Translations under genes and position numbers: made by a program | Origin: Candidatus Latescibacterota bacterium | GTDB lineage: Bacteria > Latescibacterota > UBA2968 > UBA8231 | Assembly: GCA_965221775.1 (NCBI GenBank) | Contig: CBDCSU010000004.1 | Span: 608,001-672,000 of the forward strand | Length of the DNA stretch: 64,000 bases | Reading direction: 5' to 3' | In this document: positions 1 through 10,081 of the stretch, piece by piece | Numbering within the stretch: position 1 is the stretch's first letter | Layout of the letters: every line of letters starts with the position of its first letter | Notes under the pieces: generated by a model | The model's database searches: none | What the model saw: only the letters and a program-made list of their open reading frames with translations | What the model was told of the DNA's origin: nothing

Positions 1-1
1 C

Positions 2-373
2 GACGGCCGCCCGGGTCTCCTCTACGGCCGCAAGACCGACACCAACGGTCCGGCGGCGGATCGACTGCGCAGCGCTTTCTCAGCCGCCCTGAAGGCCTGC
101 CGCCGGCTCGAGGAACATCCCGACCTTGCCGGCAGGGCCCGGTTCCGCGGCTCCGAGGCCCTCCTCGTGGTGAACGACCGCCTGCGCGCCCCCAACACCG
201 AGGAGACCTTGGAGACGCTGCGCCCCGAGCTCGACGAGTTTCTCGCCAGGCTCTATCCCGGCGGCCCCGCCCGGGTGCAGCGCGACCCGGACGAGCGCGA
301 GCGCCTGACCCTTCGGATCGAGGCCCGGGATGACCTCCCCGTCGCCTCCCTGCTGGGCCGTCTCGATGCCTGA
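2..373 (+). CDS. Hypothetical protein, 5'-truncated by the window edge
   Basis: Frame is open from position 2 (DGRPGLLYGRK...NDRLRAPNTEETL...GRLDA*) with GC3-biased codons; extends the track ORF 167..373. Confidence 0.7.
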   Translation, partial: DGRPGLLYGRKTDTNGPAADRLRSAFSAALKACRRLEEHPDLAGRARFRGSEALLVVNDRLRAPNTEETLETLRPELDEFLARLYPGGPARVQRDPDERERLTLRIEARDDLPVASLLGRLDA

Positions 374-418
374 GGGCGTCAGCCCCGCCGGGCCTGTTCG
401 ACCGCTCCCCCCATCGAG

Positions 419-447
419 TTGACAGTATTCCCGGGCCTCTCTATATA
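419..447 (+). promoter_or_regulatory. Sigma70-like promoter of the ferredoxin gene
   Basis: TTGACA(419-424)-17 bp-TATATA(442-447), about 60 bp upstream of ATG 507. Confidence 0.6.
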
Positions 448-506
448 GGTCCGGTCGCGCCAGGCGTACCGCCGCGACGAGAGCGGATGACTTGGAGAGA
501 GGATTC

Positions 507-761
507 ATGACCTACATCATCGCCGAACCGTGCATCGACGTGAAGGACAAGGCCTGCGTCGAGGTATGCCCGGTGGACTGCATCCATCCAGTGGACGGCG
601 AGGGGGTTCCGATGCTCTACATCGACCCCGACGAATGCATCGATTGCGGGGCCTGCGAGCCGGAGTGCCCCGTGGAAGCGATCTTTGCCGAAGAGGACCT
701 GCCGGAAGAGTGGAACAAGTACCTTGAGATCAACGCCGCGTATTTCCGGGACCAACAGTAG
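507..761 (+). CDS. fdxA: 7Fe-type ([3Fe-4S]/[4Fe-4S]) ferredoxin
   Basis: MTYIIAEPC...[10 protein letters not shown]...[12 protein letters not shown]; GAGAGGA SD before ATG 507. Confidence 0.93.
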   Translation: MTYIIAEPCIDVKDKACVEVCPVDCIHPVDGEGVPMLYIDPDECIDCGACEPECPVEAIFAEEDLPEEWNKYLEINAAYFRDQQ

Positions 762-840
762 GATTCCTCACCGACTCCCACCCAACTTTCCAGCCCCCAA
801 GGGCGGCGGCACCCGACGGTCCGCCGCCCCTTGATCTTCC

Positions 841-1902
841 ATGGCCAGATCCCTCCCAAAAGGTAAGTCCACGCCGAAGCGAGCCTCCACCCGGTCCCGC
901 CGGTCGAAGGCCGGGGCGGGATCGACCCGCTCCCCGGAGACACGGCAGGATCCCGACCTGCTGTGGTTCCTGTACCGGAAGATGGTCGAGATCCGCAAGT
1001 TCGAGGAACACGTCTGGGACGTGTACACACGGGGATGGATGCCGGGCCTCGCCCACCTGTACATCGGCGAGGAGTCCGTCGCCGCCGGCGCCTGCGCCGC
1101 CTTGCGTGAGGACGACTACATCACCTCGACCCACCGGGGGCACGGCCACTGCCTGGCCAAGGGCGCCCGCCTCGACCGGATGATGGCGGAGATCATGGGC
1201 AAGGAGTCCGGCTACTGCCGCGGCAAGGGCGGATCGATGCACATCGCCGATGTCTCCCTGGGGAACCTCGGAGCCAACGGCATCGTCGGCGGCAGCTTCG
1301 GGATCGCCACCGGCGCCGCTCTGTCCTCGAAGCTGCGGGGGGCCGATCAGGTGGCTCTCTGCTTCTTCGGCGACGGCGCGGCGAACCAGGGCATTCTGCT
1401 GGAGACGGCCAACATGGCCGTCATCTGGGACCTGCCGGTGATCTACCTCTGCGAGAACAACCAGTACGGCGAGCACACCCCCTTCGAGACGGTCACCGGC
1501 GTCCGGGAGATCGTGGAGCGCGCCAATGGTCTGGGCATGGAGGGGGTGAGGCTCGACGGCGCGGACGTCCTCGCCGTCCACCAGGCCGTGGCCAAGGCCG
1601 TGGCCAAGGCCCGGGGCGGCGGCGGCCCGACCTTCATCGAGGCCGTCACCTACCGCTTCCGCGGCCACCACGTGGGCGACGCCGCGCCCTACCGCACGAA
1701 GGCGGAGCTCGACTGGTGGATGGAGAACAAGGATCCCATCCATCTCCTCGGCCGGACGATGACCGAGGCCGGCGTGGCCGACTCCGCCCAACTCGACGAG
1801 ATCCAGCAGCAGGTGGAGGAGGAGGTTCTCGCCGCCGTGGAGTTCGCCCGCAACGAGCCCGACCCCGAAGCGTCGCAGGCCTTCGAGGACCTGTACGCCT
1901 GA
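841..1902 (+). CDS. TPP-dependent 2-oxoacid/acetoin dehydrogenase E1 alpha subunit
   Basis: HRGHGH, GKGGSMH, TPP motif GDGA...ENN, TYRFRGH. Confidence 0.92.
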   Translation: MARSLPKGKSTPKRASTRSRRSKAGAGSTRSPETRQDPDLLWFLYRKMVEIRKFEEHVWDVYTRGWMPGLAHLYIGEESVAAGACAALREDDYITSTHRGHGHCLAKGARLDRMMAEIMGKESGYCRGKGGSMHIADVSLGNLGANGIVGGSFGIATGAALSSKLRGADQVALCFFGDGAANQGILLETANMAVIWDLPVIYLCENNQYGEHTPFETVTGVREIVERANGLGMEGVRLDGADVLAVHQAVAKAVAKARGGGGPTFIEAVTYRFRGHHVGDAAPYRTKAELDWWMENKDPIHLLGRTMTEAGVADSAQLDEIQQQVEEEVLAAVEFARNEPDPEASQAFEDLYA

Positions 1903-1909
1903 GGCCCCG

Positions 1910-2896
1910 ATGACACGTGAGATCACCTTCCGCGAGGCCGTGTGCGAGGCCATGGCCGAGGAAATGAGGCTCGATCCGAAGGTCATCCTCATCGGCGAGG
2001 ACGTGGGCCCGTCCGGGGGGATCTTCAAATGCAGCGAAGGGCTCTTCGACGAGTTCGGCCCCGAGAGGGTCATCGACGCCCCCATCTCCGAGGCGGGCTA
2101 CGTCGGTGTCAGCGTCGGGGCGGCCATGACCGGCCTGCGGCCCATCGCCGAGCTGATGTTCGGAGACTTCTCGCTCCTCACCATGGACCAGCTCGTCAAC
2201 CAGGCCGCCAAGATCCGCTACATGACCGGCGGCCAGTGCAAGGTGCCCCTCACCGTGCGCCTCACCATGGGGGCGGGCCGGTCGTCGGCGGCCCAGCACT
2301 CCCAGTCGCTGCACGCCCTGTTCTCCCACATTCCGGGCCTGAAGGTGGTCATCCCCTCCTGTCCCGCCGATGCCAAGGGGCTTCTCAAGTCGGCGATCCG
2401 CGACGACAACCCGGTCCTAGTCTTCGAGGACAAGATGATGTACAACGACAGCGGCCCCGTGCCGGAGGAGGAGTCCACGGTCCCCCTCGGCCGGGCGGAG
2501 ATCCGCAGATCGGGGTCCGACGTCGCCTTGGTGGCCACTTCGAGCATGGTCGCCATCGCCCTCGAGGCGGCCGAGACCCTCGCCGGCGAGGGAGTGCAGG
2601 CCGAGGTCGTCGATCTCCGCAGCCTCTTTCCTCTCGACAAGGATGCTCTCGTCGCCGCGGCCAGGAAGACGGGCTACGTGGTGGTCGTGGACGAGGGCGC
2701 GAGACGCTTCGGCGTTACCGGCGAGCTGGCCTCGACCATTCAGGAGCACGCTTTCGACTGGCTCGACGGCCCCGTGATGAGGGTTGCCGCGGCGGACGTA
2801 CCCGTTCCCTTCAGCCCCGCCCTCGAGATGCCTACGATCCCCGATGCGGCACTCGTCGTGGAGGCCGTGCGCGGCCTGCGGGGTCGGGGCGAGTGA
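1910..2896 (+). CDS. 2-oxoacid/acetoin dehydrogenase E1 beta subunit
   Basis: GEDVG, DAPISE, ELMFGDF, AAQHSQ, DLRSL motifs; follows the alpha subunit by 7 bp. Confidence 0.92.
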   Translation: MTREITFREAVCEAMAEEMRLDPKVILIGEDVGPSGGIFKCSEGLFDEFGPERVIDAPISEAGYVGVSVGAAMTGLRPIAELMFGDFSLLTMDQLVNQAAKIRYMTGGQCKVPLTVRLTMGAGRSSAAQHSQSLHALFSHIPGLKVVIPSCPADAKGLLKSAIRDDNPVLVFEDKMMYNDSGPVPEEESTVPLGRAEIRRSGSDVALVATSSMVAIALEAAETLAGEGVQAEVVDLRSLFPLDKDALVAAARKTGYVVVVDEGARRFGVTGELASTIQEHAFDWLDGPVMRVAAADVPVPFSPALEMPTIPDAALVVEAVRGLRGRGE

Positions 2897-3810
2897 CCCG
2901 CCCTCTCTGCCTCGTCACGGGATCCTCCAGCGGCATCGGCGCCGCCATCGTCCGCCGCTTCGCCGCCCACGGCCACGACGTGGTGGTCCACTACAACTCC
3001 GGACAGGACCGGGCGCTGGCGATCGCCGACGAGATCTCCAGCCGGCATGAGGTCACGGCCCACGTCATCGGCGCCGATCTCTCCCAGAGGGACGAGGCCT
3101 TCCGCCTCGTCGACGAGGCCCGCGAGCGCTTCGGGCGCCTCGACGTGGCGATCAGCAACAGCGGCGTGGCCAACTACGTCCGCGGAGACGACGGCGAGCT
3201 CATCCGGCACCGCTTCCAGGATGGCCCCCCCGAGCATCTCGACCGGGAGATGGCCCGCGTACTCGACCTCAACTTGATGGGCGCCTACCGCTTCGGCCAG
3301 CGCGCCCTCAAGCACATGATCGAGGCCGCCAGGGCCGAGGCCGGCACGGGGCGACCGTCCCACCGAAGCATCCTCTTCATCACCTCCATCTCGGACGTGG
3401 CGCCGGAGGCGACCCGCATCCCCTACGGCGTCAGCAAGGCCGGCCTCAACCACGTCATCCTCGGCGCCGCCTTCGAGGCCGGTCCCCACAACATCACGGT
3501 GAACGCTCTGCGTCCCGGTGTCGTCGACACGCCGCTGACGGCCCGCCCTTCGGGGGTGGAAGATCCGGAAACGGGGCGGGAGTACACGGTGGCGGAGACC
3601 TACGGCCTGATGGCCGAGGGCGGCTCCCAAGCCCTCCCCTGGATCGCCGAGCCCGACGACATCGCGGTGGCCGCCCACGCCTTCACGCAGATCCCCTACA
3701 TGACGGGGCAACTGGTGGCCGTGGACGGCGGCTTCACGCTCGCCAACGGCTTCCCGAACCGGGAGCTGTTTCTCAACGAGGGACTGCGCAGACGCCGCGG
3801 AGGTGACTGA
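2893..3810 (+). CDS. Short-chain dehydrogenase/reductase (SDR)
   Basis: GTG start overlaps the upstream TGA (GTGA); TGSSSGIG, YGVSK, PGVVDT, VDGG motifs. Confidence 0.88.
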   Translation: MTRPLCLVTGSSSGIGAAIVRRFAAHGHDVVVHYNSGQDRALAIADEISSRHEVTAHVIGADLSQRDEAFRLVDEARERFGRLDVAISNSGVANYVRGDDGELIRHRFQDGPPEHLDREMARVLDLNLMGAYRFGQRALKHMIEAARAEAGTGRPSHRSILFITSISDVAPEATRIPYGVSKAGLNHVILGAAFEAGPHNITVNALRPGVVDTPLTARPSGVEDPETGREYTVAETYGLMAEGGSQALPWIAEPDDIAVAAHAFTQIPYMTGQLVAVDGGFTLANGFPNRELFLNEGLRRRRGGD

Positions 3811-3853
3811 GGGGCGTTTGCCGGGGATCCGCCCGGGCGGGCGTTGCCCGGTA

Positions 3854-4606
3854 CTAGTGCTCCTTGATGCTCCCCATGCGGATGTCGATGTCCTCGCGGT
3901 TGGCTACGCGCTCGAGGGCACCGTCGCGGATCCAGGCCATGCGGTCGCAGGCGCTCAGCATCTTGTCGTCGTGGGTCACGGTGATGATGGTGGAGCCCAT
4001 CTCCGCCTGCAGCTTCTTCATGAAATCGATGATCGTCTGGCCGGTGTTGCTGTCGAGGTTGCCCGTCGGCTCGTCGGCGAGGATGATGCGCGGGCTGTTG
4101 ACGAAAGCCCGGGCGATGGCGACACGCTGCTGCTGCCCGCCGCTCAGCTCCGAGGGCAGGTGATGGGCGCGGTCGGCGAGCCCGACGATGTCCAGACACT
4201 CCATGGCCCGCTTCTCGCCGTCGGCGGTGCTCATGCCCGCGAAGATCGTCGGCAGGGCGACGTTCATGAGCGCGCTCATCACCGGCAGCAGGTTGTAGGT
4301 CTGGAAGATGTAGCCCAGCTCGAAGCAGCGGACGGCGGCCAGCTTCTGCGGTGACAGGGACGCCAAGTTGACGCCCTCGATCAGAACCTCCCCCGAGGTG
4401 GGTGTCTGGAGCGCCCCGATCTGGTTGAACAAGGTGCTCTTGCCCGAGCCGGAGGGCCCCATGATGGCGAAGAACTCGTTCTCGTAGACCTTGACCGTGA
4501 GACCGCGCAAGGCGTGGACGTGGGTCGACTCGTCGCGGTTCTTCGCGTTGTAGACCATGGTCACGTCGCGCACATCGACGATGACGGAACCACTGACCTG
4601 CGCCAT
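3854..4606 (-). CDS. ABC transporter ATP-binding protein (LolD/MacB-like)
   Basis: Walker A GPSGSGKS, LSGGQQQR, ILADEPTGNLD, VTHD; ATG 4606 with GGAG SD. Confidence 0.9.
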   Translation of the reverse strand: MAQVSGSVIVDVRDVTMVYNAKNRDESTHVHALRGLTVKVYENEFFAIMGPSGSGKSTLFNQIGALQTPTSGEVLIEGVNLASLSPQKLAAVRCFELGYIFQTYNLLPVMSALMNVALPTIFAGMSTADGEKRAMECLDIVGLADRAHHLPSELSGGQQQRVAIARAFVNSPRIILADEPTGNLDSNTGQTIIDFMKKLQAEMGSTIITVTHDDKMLSACDRMAWIRDGALERVANREDIDIRMGSIKEH

Positions 4607-4776
4607 GGACGGATCTGCTCCTGGCCGGAGCACGGCGGGTTCGGCCTGCGTGAGGGTTTTGGGCGGCGCGGGGGCCGCTTCGCCTCAATGTAGTTACGCC
4701 CCCCGGCGGGGGTCAATCAACCCGACCCACGCCGTGACGGGCGGGTCCGCGCCACCCGGCGCCGCGGATCCGGTCC

Positions 4777-6783
4777 TCACCCCGCCCTTCGGTCCTGGTC
4801 CTGACCTTGTTCCTTCAGACGGGTGATTTCGTCGCGTAGAGCCGCTGCCTTCTCGAATTCCAGTGCCGCGGCGGCCTCGTTCATCTGGCGCTCGAGTTCG
4901 GCCACCATGTCCTCCAAGGCATCCTCCGCTGCCGAATGGTCCCGTGGCCGCTCGGCCGCCGCCTCGGCCTGCTTGACGCTCTCGAGGACCGAGGTGGCCT
5001 GCAGGATGTCGGCCCGGGTCCGCTGGATCGTCTGCGGCGTGATGCCGTGCTCCTTGTTGAAGGCCTGCTGCAACCGGCGCCGACGCTCGGTCTCCTCGGT
5101 CGTCCCCCGCATCGAGTTCGTCATCTTGTCGCCGTAGAGGATGACGAGGCCGGCGGCGTTGCGGGCGGCGCGGCCCACCGTCTGGATCAGGGCCTGCTCG
5201 GAGCGCAGGAACCCCTCCTTGTCGGCGTCGAGAATCGCCACCAGGGAGACCTCGGGCAGGTCGAGGCCCTCGCGCAGGAGGTTGATCCCCACCAGGACGT
5301 CGAACTCCCCCAGGCGCAGGTCGCGAAGGATCCCGACCCGGTCGAGGGTGTCGATCTCGGAGTGGAGGTAGCGCACGCGGAACCCGAGCTGCGCCAGGTA
5401 GTCGGTGAGCTTCTCGGCCATGCGCTTGGTCAGCACCGTGACCAGGACCCGCTCGCCCTTCTCGGCGCGGGCCCTGATCTCGTCCATGAGGTCGTCGACC
5501 TGGTTGCCCAGGGGACGGACCTCGATGACCGGATCGACCAGCCCCGTGGGCCGGATCACCTGCTCCACCACGACTCCGCCGGCGCGCTCGAGCTCGTAGG
5601 AGGCGGGGGTGGCGGAGAGGAAGACCGTCTGCCCCATGTGCTCCTCGAACTCCTCGAAGTACAGGGGCCGGTTGTCGTACGCCGACGGCAGGCGGAAGCC
5701 GTGCTCCACGAGCATATCCTTGCGCGAGCGGTCTCCCCGCCACATGCCCCGCACCTGCGGGATCGTCATGTGCGACTCGTCGACGAAGAGCAGGAAGTCG
5801 TCGGGGAAGTAGTCCATCAGCACCCACGGCGGGGCCCCCGGCTCGCGGTGGTCCATGTAGCGGGAGTAGTTCTCGATCCCCGGGCAGAAGCCGATCTCGC
5901 GGATCATCTCCACGTCGTAGCGGGTGCGTGTCTCCAGACGGTGGGCCTCGACGAGCTTCTCCTGCTCCTGCAGCTCCAGCAGCCGCTGCTCCAGCTCGAG
6001 GAGGATCGCCTCGCAGGCGCGCTCGAGCTTGTCCTCGTCGGTGACGTAGGCCTTGGCGGGATAGAGGGTGACGCCCTGGCGCTCGTCGACCTGGCTCCCC
6101 GTGACCGCGTCGAGAATGGTGATCGCCTCCACCTCGTCTCCGAAGAGCTCGATGTGGACGGCGAGATCCTCGGCGGCGGGAACGACTTCGACCACATCGC
6201 CGCGCACGCGGAAGCAGCCGCGCTTCAACTCGAGATCGTTGCGGCTGTAGTAGATGTCGATCAGGCTGCGGAGCAGATCGTCTCTCTCGATGCGGTCCCC
6301 CACCTTGACCGTGAGCCGCTGGGCCTCGAACTCGCGCGGCGAGCCGATGCCGTAGATGCAGGAGACGGTGGCGACGATGATCGTGTCCCGGCGCTCGAGG
6401 AGGGAGCTCATCGCCTTGAGGCGCAGGCGGTCGATCTCCTCGTTGATGTCGACCTCCTTCTCGATGTAGGTGTCGGTCGCCGGGCGGTAGGCCTCGGGCT
6501 GGTAGTAGTCGTAGTAGCTGACGAAGTACTCCACGGCGTTGTCCGGGAAGTAGCCCCGCAACTCCCCGTAGAGCTGGGCTGCCAGGGTCTTGTTGTGGGA
6601 GATGACGAGGGCCGGCCGGTCGAAGTGGGCGATGACGTTGGCCATGGTGAAGGTCTTGCCGCTGCCCGTCACCCCCAGCAGAGTCTGGCAGGGGGCTCCC
6701 CGCTCGATGCCGTCGACGAGCTCGGCGATGGCCCGCGGTTGGTCTCCCTGCGGCTGGTAGTCGGCGACCAGACGGTATGACAC
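4777..6783 (-). CDS. uvrB: Excinuclease ABC subunit UvrB
   Basis: [28 protein letters not shown] and C-terminal UVR motif FEKAAALRD. Confidence 0.97.
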   Translation of the reverse strand: MSYRLVADYQPQGDQPRAIAELVDGIERGAPCQTLLGVTGSGKTFTMANVIAHFDRPALVISHNKTLAAQLYGELRGYFPDNAVEYFVSYYDYYQPEAYRPATDTYIEKEVDINEEIDRLRLKAMSSLLERRDTIIVATVSCIYGIGSPREFEAQRLTVKVGDRIERDDLLRSLIDIYYSRNDLELKRGCFRVRGDVVEVVPAAEDLAVHIELFGDEVEAITILDAVTGSQVDERQGVTLYPAKAYVTDEDKLERACEAILLELEQRLLELQEQEKLVEAHRLETRTRYDVEMIREIGFCPGIENYSRYMDHREPGAPPWVLMDYFPDDFLLFVDESHMTIPQVRGMWRGDRSRKDMLVEHGFRLPSAYDNRPLYFEEFEEHMGQTVFLSATPASYELERAGGVVVEQVIRPTGLVDPVIEVRPLGNQVDDLMDEIRARAEKGERVLVTVLTKRMAEKLTDYLAQLGFRVRYLHSEIDTLDRVGILRDLRLGEFDVLVGINLLREGLDLPEVSLVAILDADKEGFLRSEQALIQTVGRAARNAAGLVILYGDKMTNSMRGTTEETERRRRLQQAFNKEHGITPQTIQRTRADILQATSVLESVKQAEAAAERPRDHSAAEDALEDMVAELERQMNEAAAALEFEKAAALRDEITRLKEQGQDQDRRAG

Positions 6784-6813
6784 GGACCCAAACTCCTTGT
6801 CCCTCAGATGGAT

Positions 6814-6833
6814 AGCCCCTCCCGGGAGGGGCT
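6814..6833. promoter_or_regulatory. Perfect 20-bp palindrome upstream of uvrB (candidate operator)
   Basis: AGCCCCTCCCGGGAGGGGCT is its own reverse complement; 31 bp upstream of the uvrB start. Confidence 0.4.
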
Positions 6834-7063
6834 GGCCAATCTATGCCGGATCGAGAAACCCTGTCAACGCCCTGCACGTCAAGTCCCGCCCCTTGAGTGT
6901 CATCATGGCATCTTTTCCTGCCTGATATGCAGTCACTCCGACACGGACAGCAAATTGTTGCAGAAGAATGAGATGAATTCCCCGTATGGATGGGTGGTAC
7001 GAATCCTGCTTCCGGGTTCCTGAATCATGGAGTCCACCTCTTTTTGAAACAGGGAGCTGACAG

Positions 7064-8998
7064 ATGGCCAAGGTGATCGGTATCGACCTGGGTACGACCA
7101 ATTCCTGCGTGGCGGTGATGGAGGGGTCGGAGCCCTCGGTGATCGCCAATTCGGAGGGTGGCCGCACCACGCCGTCCATGGTGGCTTTCGCCAAGGACGG
7201 GGAGCGGTTGGTGGGTCAGACCGCCAAGCGCCAGGCGGTGACGAACCCGACGAACACGATCTTCTCGATCAAGCGCTTCATGGGCCGCCGCTTCGAGGAA
7301 GTGGCGCAGGAGATCACCGAGGTGCCCTACGCGGTGAAGAAGGGGGCCCGCGATCAGGCGGTGGTCGAGATCGAGGGGGAGTCGTCGACGCCGCCGGAGA
7401 TCGCGGCCATGGTCCTGCAGAAGATGAAGCAGACCGCCGAGGACTACCTCGGGGAACCGGTGACCCAGGCGGTGATCACCGTGCCGGCGTACTTCAACGA
7501 CGCCCAGCGTCAGGCCACCAAGGACGCTGGCACGATCGCCGGGCTGGAGGTGCTGCGCATCGTCAACGAGCCGACGGCGGCGGCCCTGGCCTACGGGATG
7601 GACAAGGAGACGACTTCGGAGAAGATCGCCGTCTACGACCTGGGAGGAGGCACCTTCGACATCTCGATCCTCGAGCTCGGTGACGGCGTCTTCGAAGTGA
7701 AGTCGACGAACGGGGACACGCACCTTGGGGGCGACGACTTCGACCAGCGGGTGATCGACTGGATGGCGGAGGCCTTCCAGGCGGAGGAGGGCATCGATCT
7801 CCGCCGCGACCCGATGGCCCTGCAACGCCTGAAGGAAGCGGCGGAGAAGGCCAAGTGCGAGCTGTCGTCCTCGGGATCGACGGAGATCCACCTGCCCTTC
7901 ATCACCGCCGACCAGACGGGTCCGAAGCACCTGCAGACGAGCCTCAGCCGGTCGCGGTTCGAGCAACTGGTGGAGAACCTGGTGCGGCGCACCCGCGGCC
8001 CCTGCGAGCAGGCGCTGAAGGACGCGGGTCTTGGTGCCGACCAGATCGACGCCGTGATCCTGGTGGGCGGCTCCACCCGCATGCCGAAGGTCCAGGAACT
8101 GGTGAAGGAGCTCTTCGGCCAGGAGCCCAACCGGGGGGTGAATCCCGACGAGGTCGTGGCCATCGGGGCGGCGATCCAGGCGGGAGTGCTGTCAGGCGAG
8201 GTGGACGACGTCCTTCTCCTCGACGTGACCCCCCTGTCGCTCGGGATCGAGACGATGGGCGGGGTCATGACCAAGCTCATCGAGCGCAACACGACGATCC
8301 CGACCAACAAGAGCCAGATGTTCTCGACGGCGGCCGACAACCAGCCCTCGGTGGAGGTCCACGTCCTTCAGGGCGAGCGGGAGTTCGCCGCCGACAACCG
8401 CACCCTGGGCCGGTTCCACCTGGATGGAATCCCCTCGGCGCCGCGGGGGATGCCGCAGATCGAGGTGAGCTTCGACATCGACGCCAACGGCATTCTCAAC
8501 GTGCAGGCTCGCGACAAGGGCACCAACAAGGAGCAGTCGATCCGCATCGAGTCCTCGAGCGGCCTCGACACCGCGGAGATCGAGCGGATGCAGAAGGAGG
8601 CGGAGGCCAACGCCGAGCAGGACCAGGCGCGCCGGGCGCAGGTGGACAAGCGCAACGAGGCGGACCAGATGGTCTACGCCACCGAGAAGAGCCTGAAGGA
8701 GCACGGCGACAAGCTCGAGGAGGCCGACCGCCAGGCGGTGGAGCAGGCCCTGGGCGAGGCTCGCAAGGCCCTGGAGGGCGACGATCCGGAGGCGGTCGAT
8801 TCGGCGGTGAGCAAACTGCAGCAAGCCTCCCAGAAGCTGGCCGAGGTGGTCTATGCCGAGGCCCAGAAGGGGGAGGAGGCCGCCTCCGGGACGCCCCCTC
8901 CACCCCCGCAGCCCGATGAGGCGGGGCAGCAGGACCAGGGCACGGGAGCCGTCGACGCCGACTTCGAGGTCGTGGACGAGAAGAAGGACAAGGAGTAG
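7064..8998 (+). CDS. dnaK: Molecular chaperone DnaK (Hsp70)
   Basis: [32 protein letters not shown] and C-terminal DADFEVV. Confidence 0.98.
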   Translation: MAKVIGIDLGTTNSCVAVMEGSEPSVIANSEGGRTTPSMVAFAKDGERLVGQTAKRQAVTNPTNTIFSIKRFMGRRFEEVAQEITEVPYAVKKGARDQAVVEIEGESSTPPEIAAMVLQKMKQTAEDYLGEPVTQAVITVPAYFNDAQRQATKDAGTIAGLEVLRIVNEPTAAALAYGMDKETTSEKIAVYDLGGGTFDISILELGDGVFEVKSTNGDTHLGGDDFDQRVIDWMAEAFQAEEGIDLRRDPMALQRLKEAAEKAKCELSSSGSTEIHLPFITADQTGPKHLQTSLSRSRFEQLVENLVRRTRGPCEQALKDAGLGADQIDAVILVGGSTRMPKVQELVKELFGQEPNRGVNPDEVVAIGAAIQAGVLSGEVDDVLLLDVTPLSLGIETMGGVMTKLIERNTTIPTNKSQMFSTAADNQPSVEVHVLQGEREFAADNRTLGRFHLDGIPSAPRGMPQIEVSFDIDANGILNVQARDKGTNKEQSIRIESSSGLDTAEIERMQKEAEANAEQDQARRAQVDKRNEADQMVYATEKSLKEHGDKLEEADRQAVEQALGEARKALEGDDPEAVDSAVSKLQQASQKLAEVVYAEAQKGEEAASGTPPPPPQPDEAGQQDQGTGAVDADFEVVDEKKDKE

Positions 8999-9035
8999 AG
9001 AGCCGACGGAGGGAGCGGAAAGAGGGCGTCCGGGC

Positions 9036-10073
9036 TCAGGCCCCGGGGCGCAGCAACAGCTTGAGCCCCTCCTGACGCTCCATCATCTCGAAACCGCGGC
9101 GCCACTCCGCCAGGTCCAGCTGGTGAGAGATCAGCTTCTCGTTGTCCAGGAGCCCCGAGTCCATGAGCCGGAGGGCCCGCTCCCAGGCGGCCCGCCGCTG
9201 GCCGATGCCGCCGCTCACCCGGAGCTCCTTGTAGGCGATCTTCTCGAAATCGACCTCCACCCGGCGCCCGGGGAGTCCCATGAGTGAGACCTTGCCGCGC
9301 TTGCGCACGGCCTCGAGCGCCAGATCGATGGCCGCCGCGGCGCCGGCGCACTCGATGACGACATCCGCGCCGTAGCCGCCGCTGAGGCCGGCGATGCGGG
9401 CCGCCGCGTCCCCGGCCTCCACGTCGAGGACCTGGTCCACCCCCAACTCCCTCTCGGCGAAGCGCAGACGATGGCGGTCGCGGGAGGTGCCGCAGAGCAC
9501 GACGGACCCCCCTTCGGCGGCCGCCACGAGGGCGCTGAAGAGGCCCACGGGACCAGGGCCGATGACGGCGACCAGGTCCCCCGCCGTGACGCCGGCCTGC
9601 TCGATCACGGAGTGCACGCAGCAGGCCAGCAGCTCGGTCAGGGCGCCCGCCTCGAAGCTCACCCCATCCGGCAGCCGGTGCACCAGCGTGGCGTTGACGC
9701 GGGGGGCGAAGCAGCCGTCGTGGAAGTACCCCATCACGGTCCGTGACGGGCACATGTTGTAGTGGCCGCCGCGGCAATAGTCGCAGCGGCCGCAGATCTC
9801 GATGCTCGGCTCGCCTGTGACCCGGTCGCCGATGGCGATGTCGTCGCCCGCGTCGCTCCCCTTCTCCACCACGATGCCGCTGAACTCGTGGCCCATCACC
9901 ACGGGGGTGCGGATCTTGTAGTTGATGGTGTCGTGATAGATATGCAGGTCGGACCCGCAGATCCCCGCGGCCCTCACCTCGACCTTGACCTGCCGAGGCC
10001 CCGGAGGCGCGTCGGCGACCTCGCGCAACTCGACGAAGCCGGGGCCGCGCTCGTACTTGACGACGGCCTGCAC
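9036..10073 (-). CDS. Zinc-dependent medium-chain alcohol/polyol dehydrogenase
   Basis: ICGSDLH, GHEFSG, structural Zn CxxCxxC...C, GPGPVG. Confidence 0.9.
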   Translation of the reverse strand: MQAVVKYERGPGFVELREVADAPPGPRQVKVEVRAAGICGSDLHIYHDTINYKIRTPVVMGHEFSGIVVEKGSDAGDDIAIGDRVTGEPSIEICGRCDYCRGGHYNMCPSRTVMGYFHDGCFAPRVNATLVHRLPDGVSFEAGALTELLACCVHSVIEQAGVTAGDLVAVIGPGPVGLFSALVAAAEGGSVVLCGTSRDRHRLRFAERELGVDQVLDVEAGDAAARIAGLSGGYGADVVIECAGAAAAIDLALEAVRKRGKVSLMGLPGRRVEVDFEKIAYKELRVSGGIGQRRAAWERALRLMDSGLLDNEKLISHQLDLAEWRRGFEMMERQEGLKLLLRPGA

Positions 10074-10081
10074 TCTCGGGC

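Noticed and set aside
6880-6940. CIRCE or sigma54 element upstream of dnaK (GAGTGTCA; TGGCATCTTTTCCTGC)
   Set aside because: There is no matching left CIRCE arm at 9-bp spacing, and the GG-to-GC spacing is one base too long for a -24/-12 promoter
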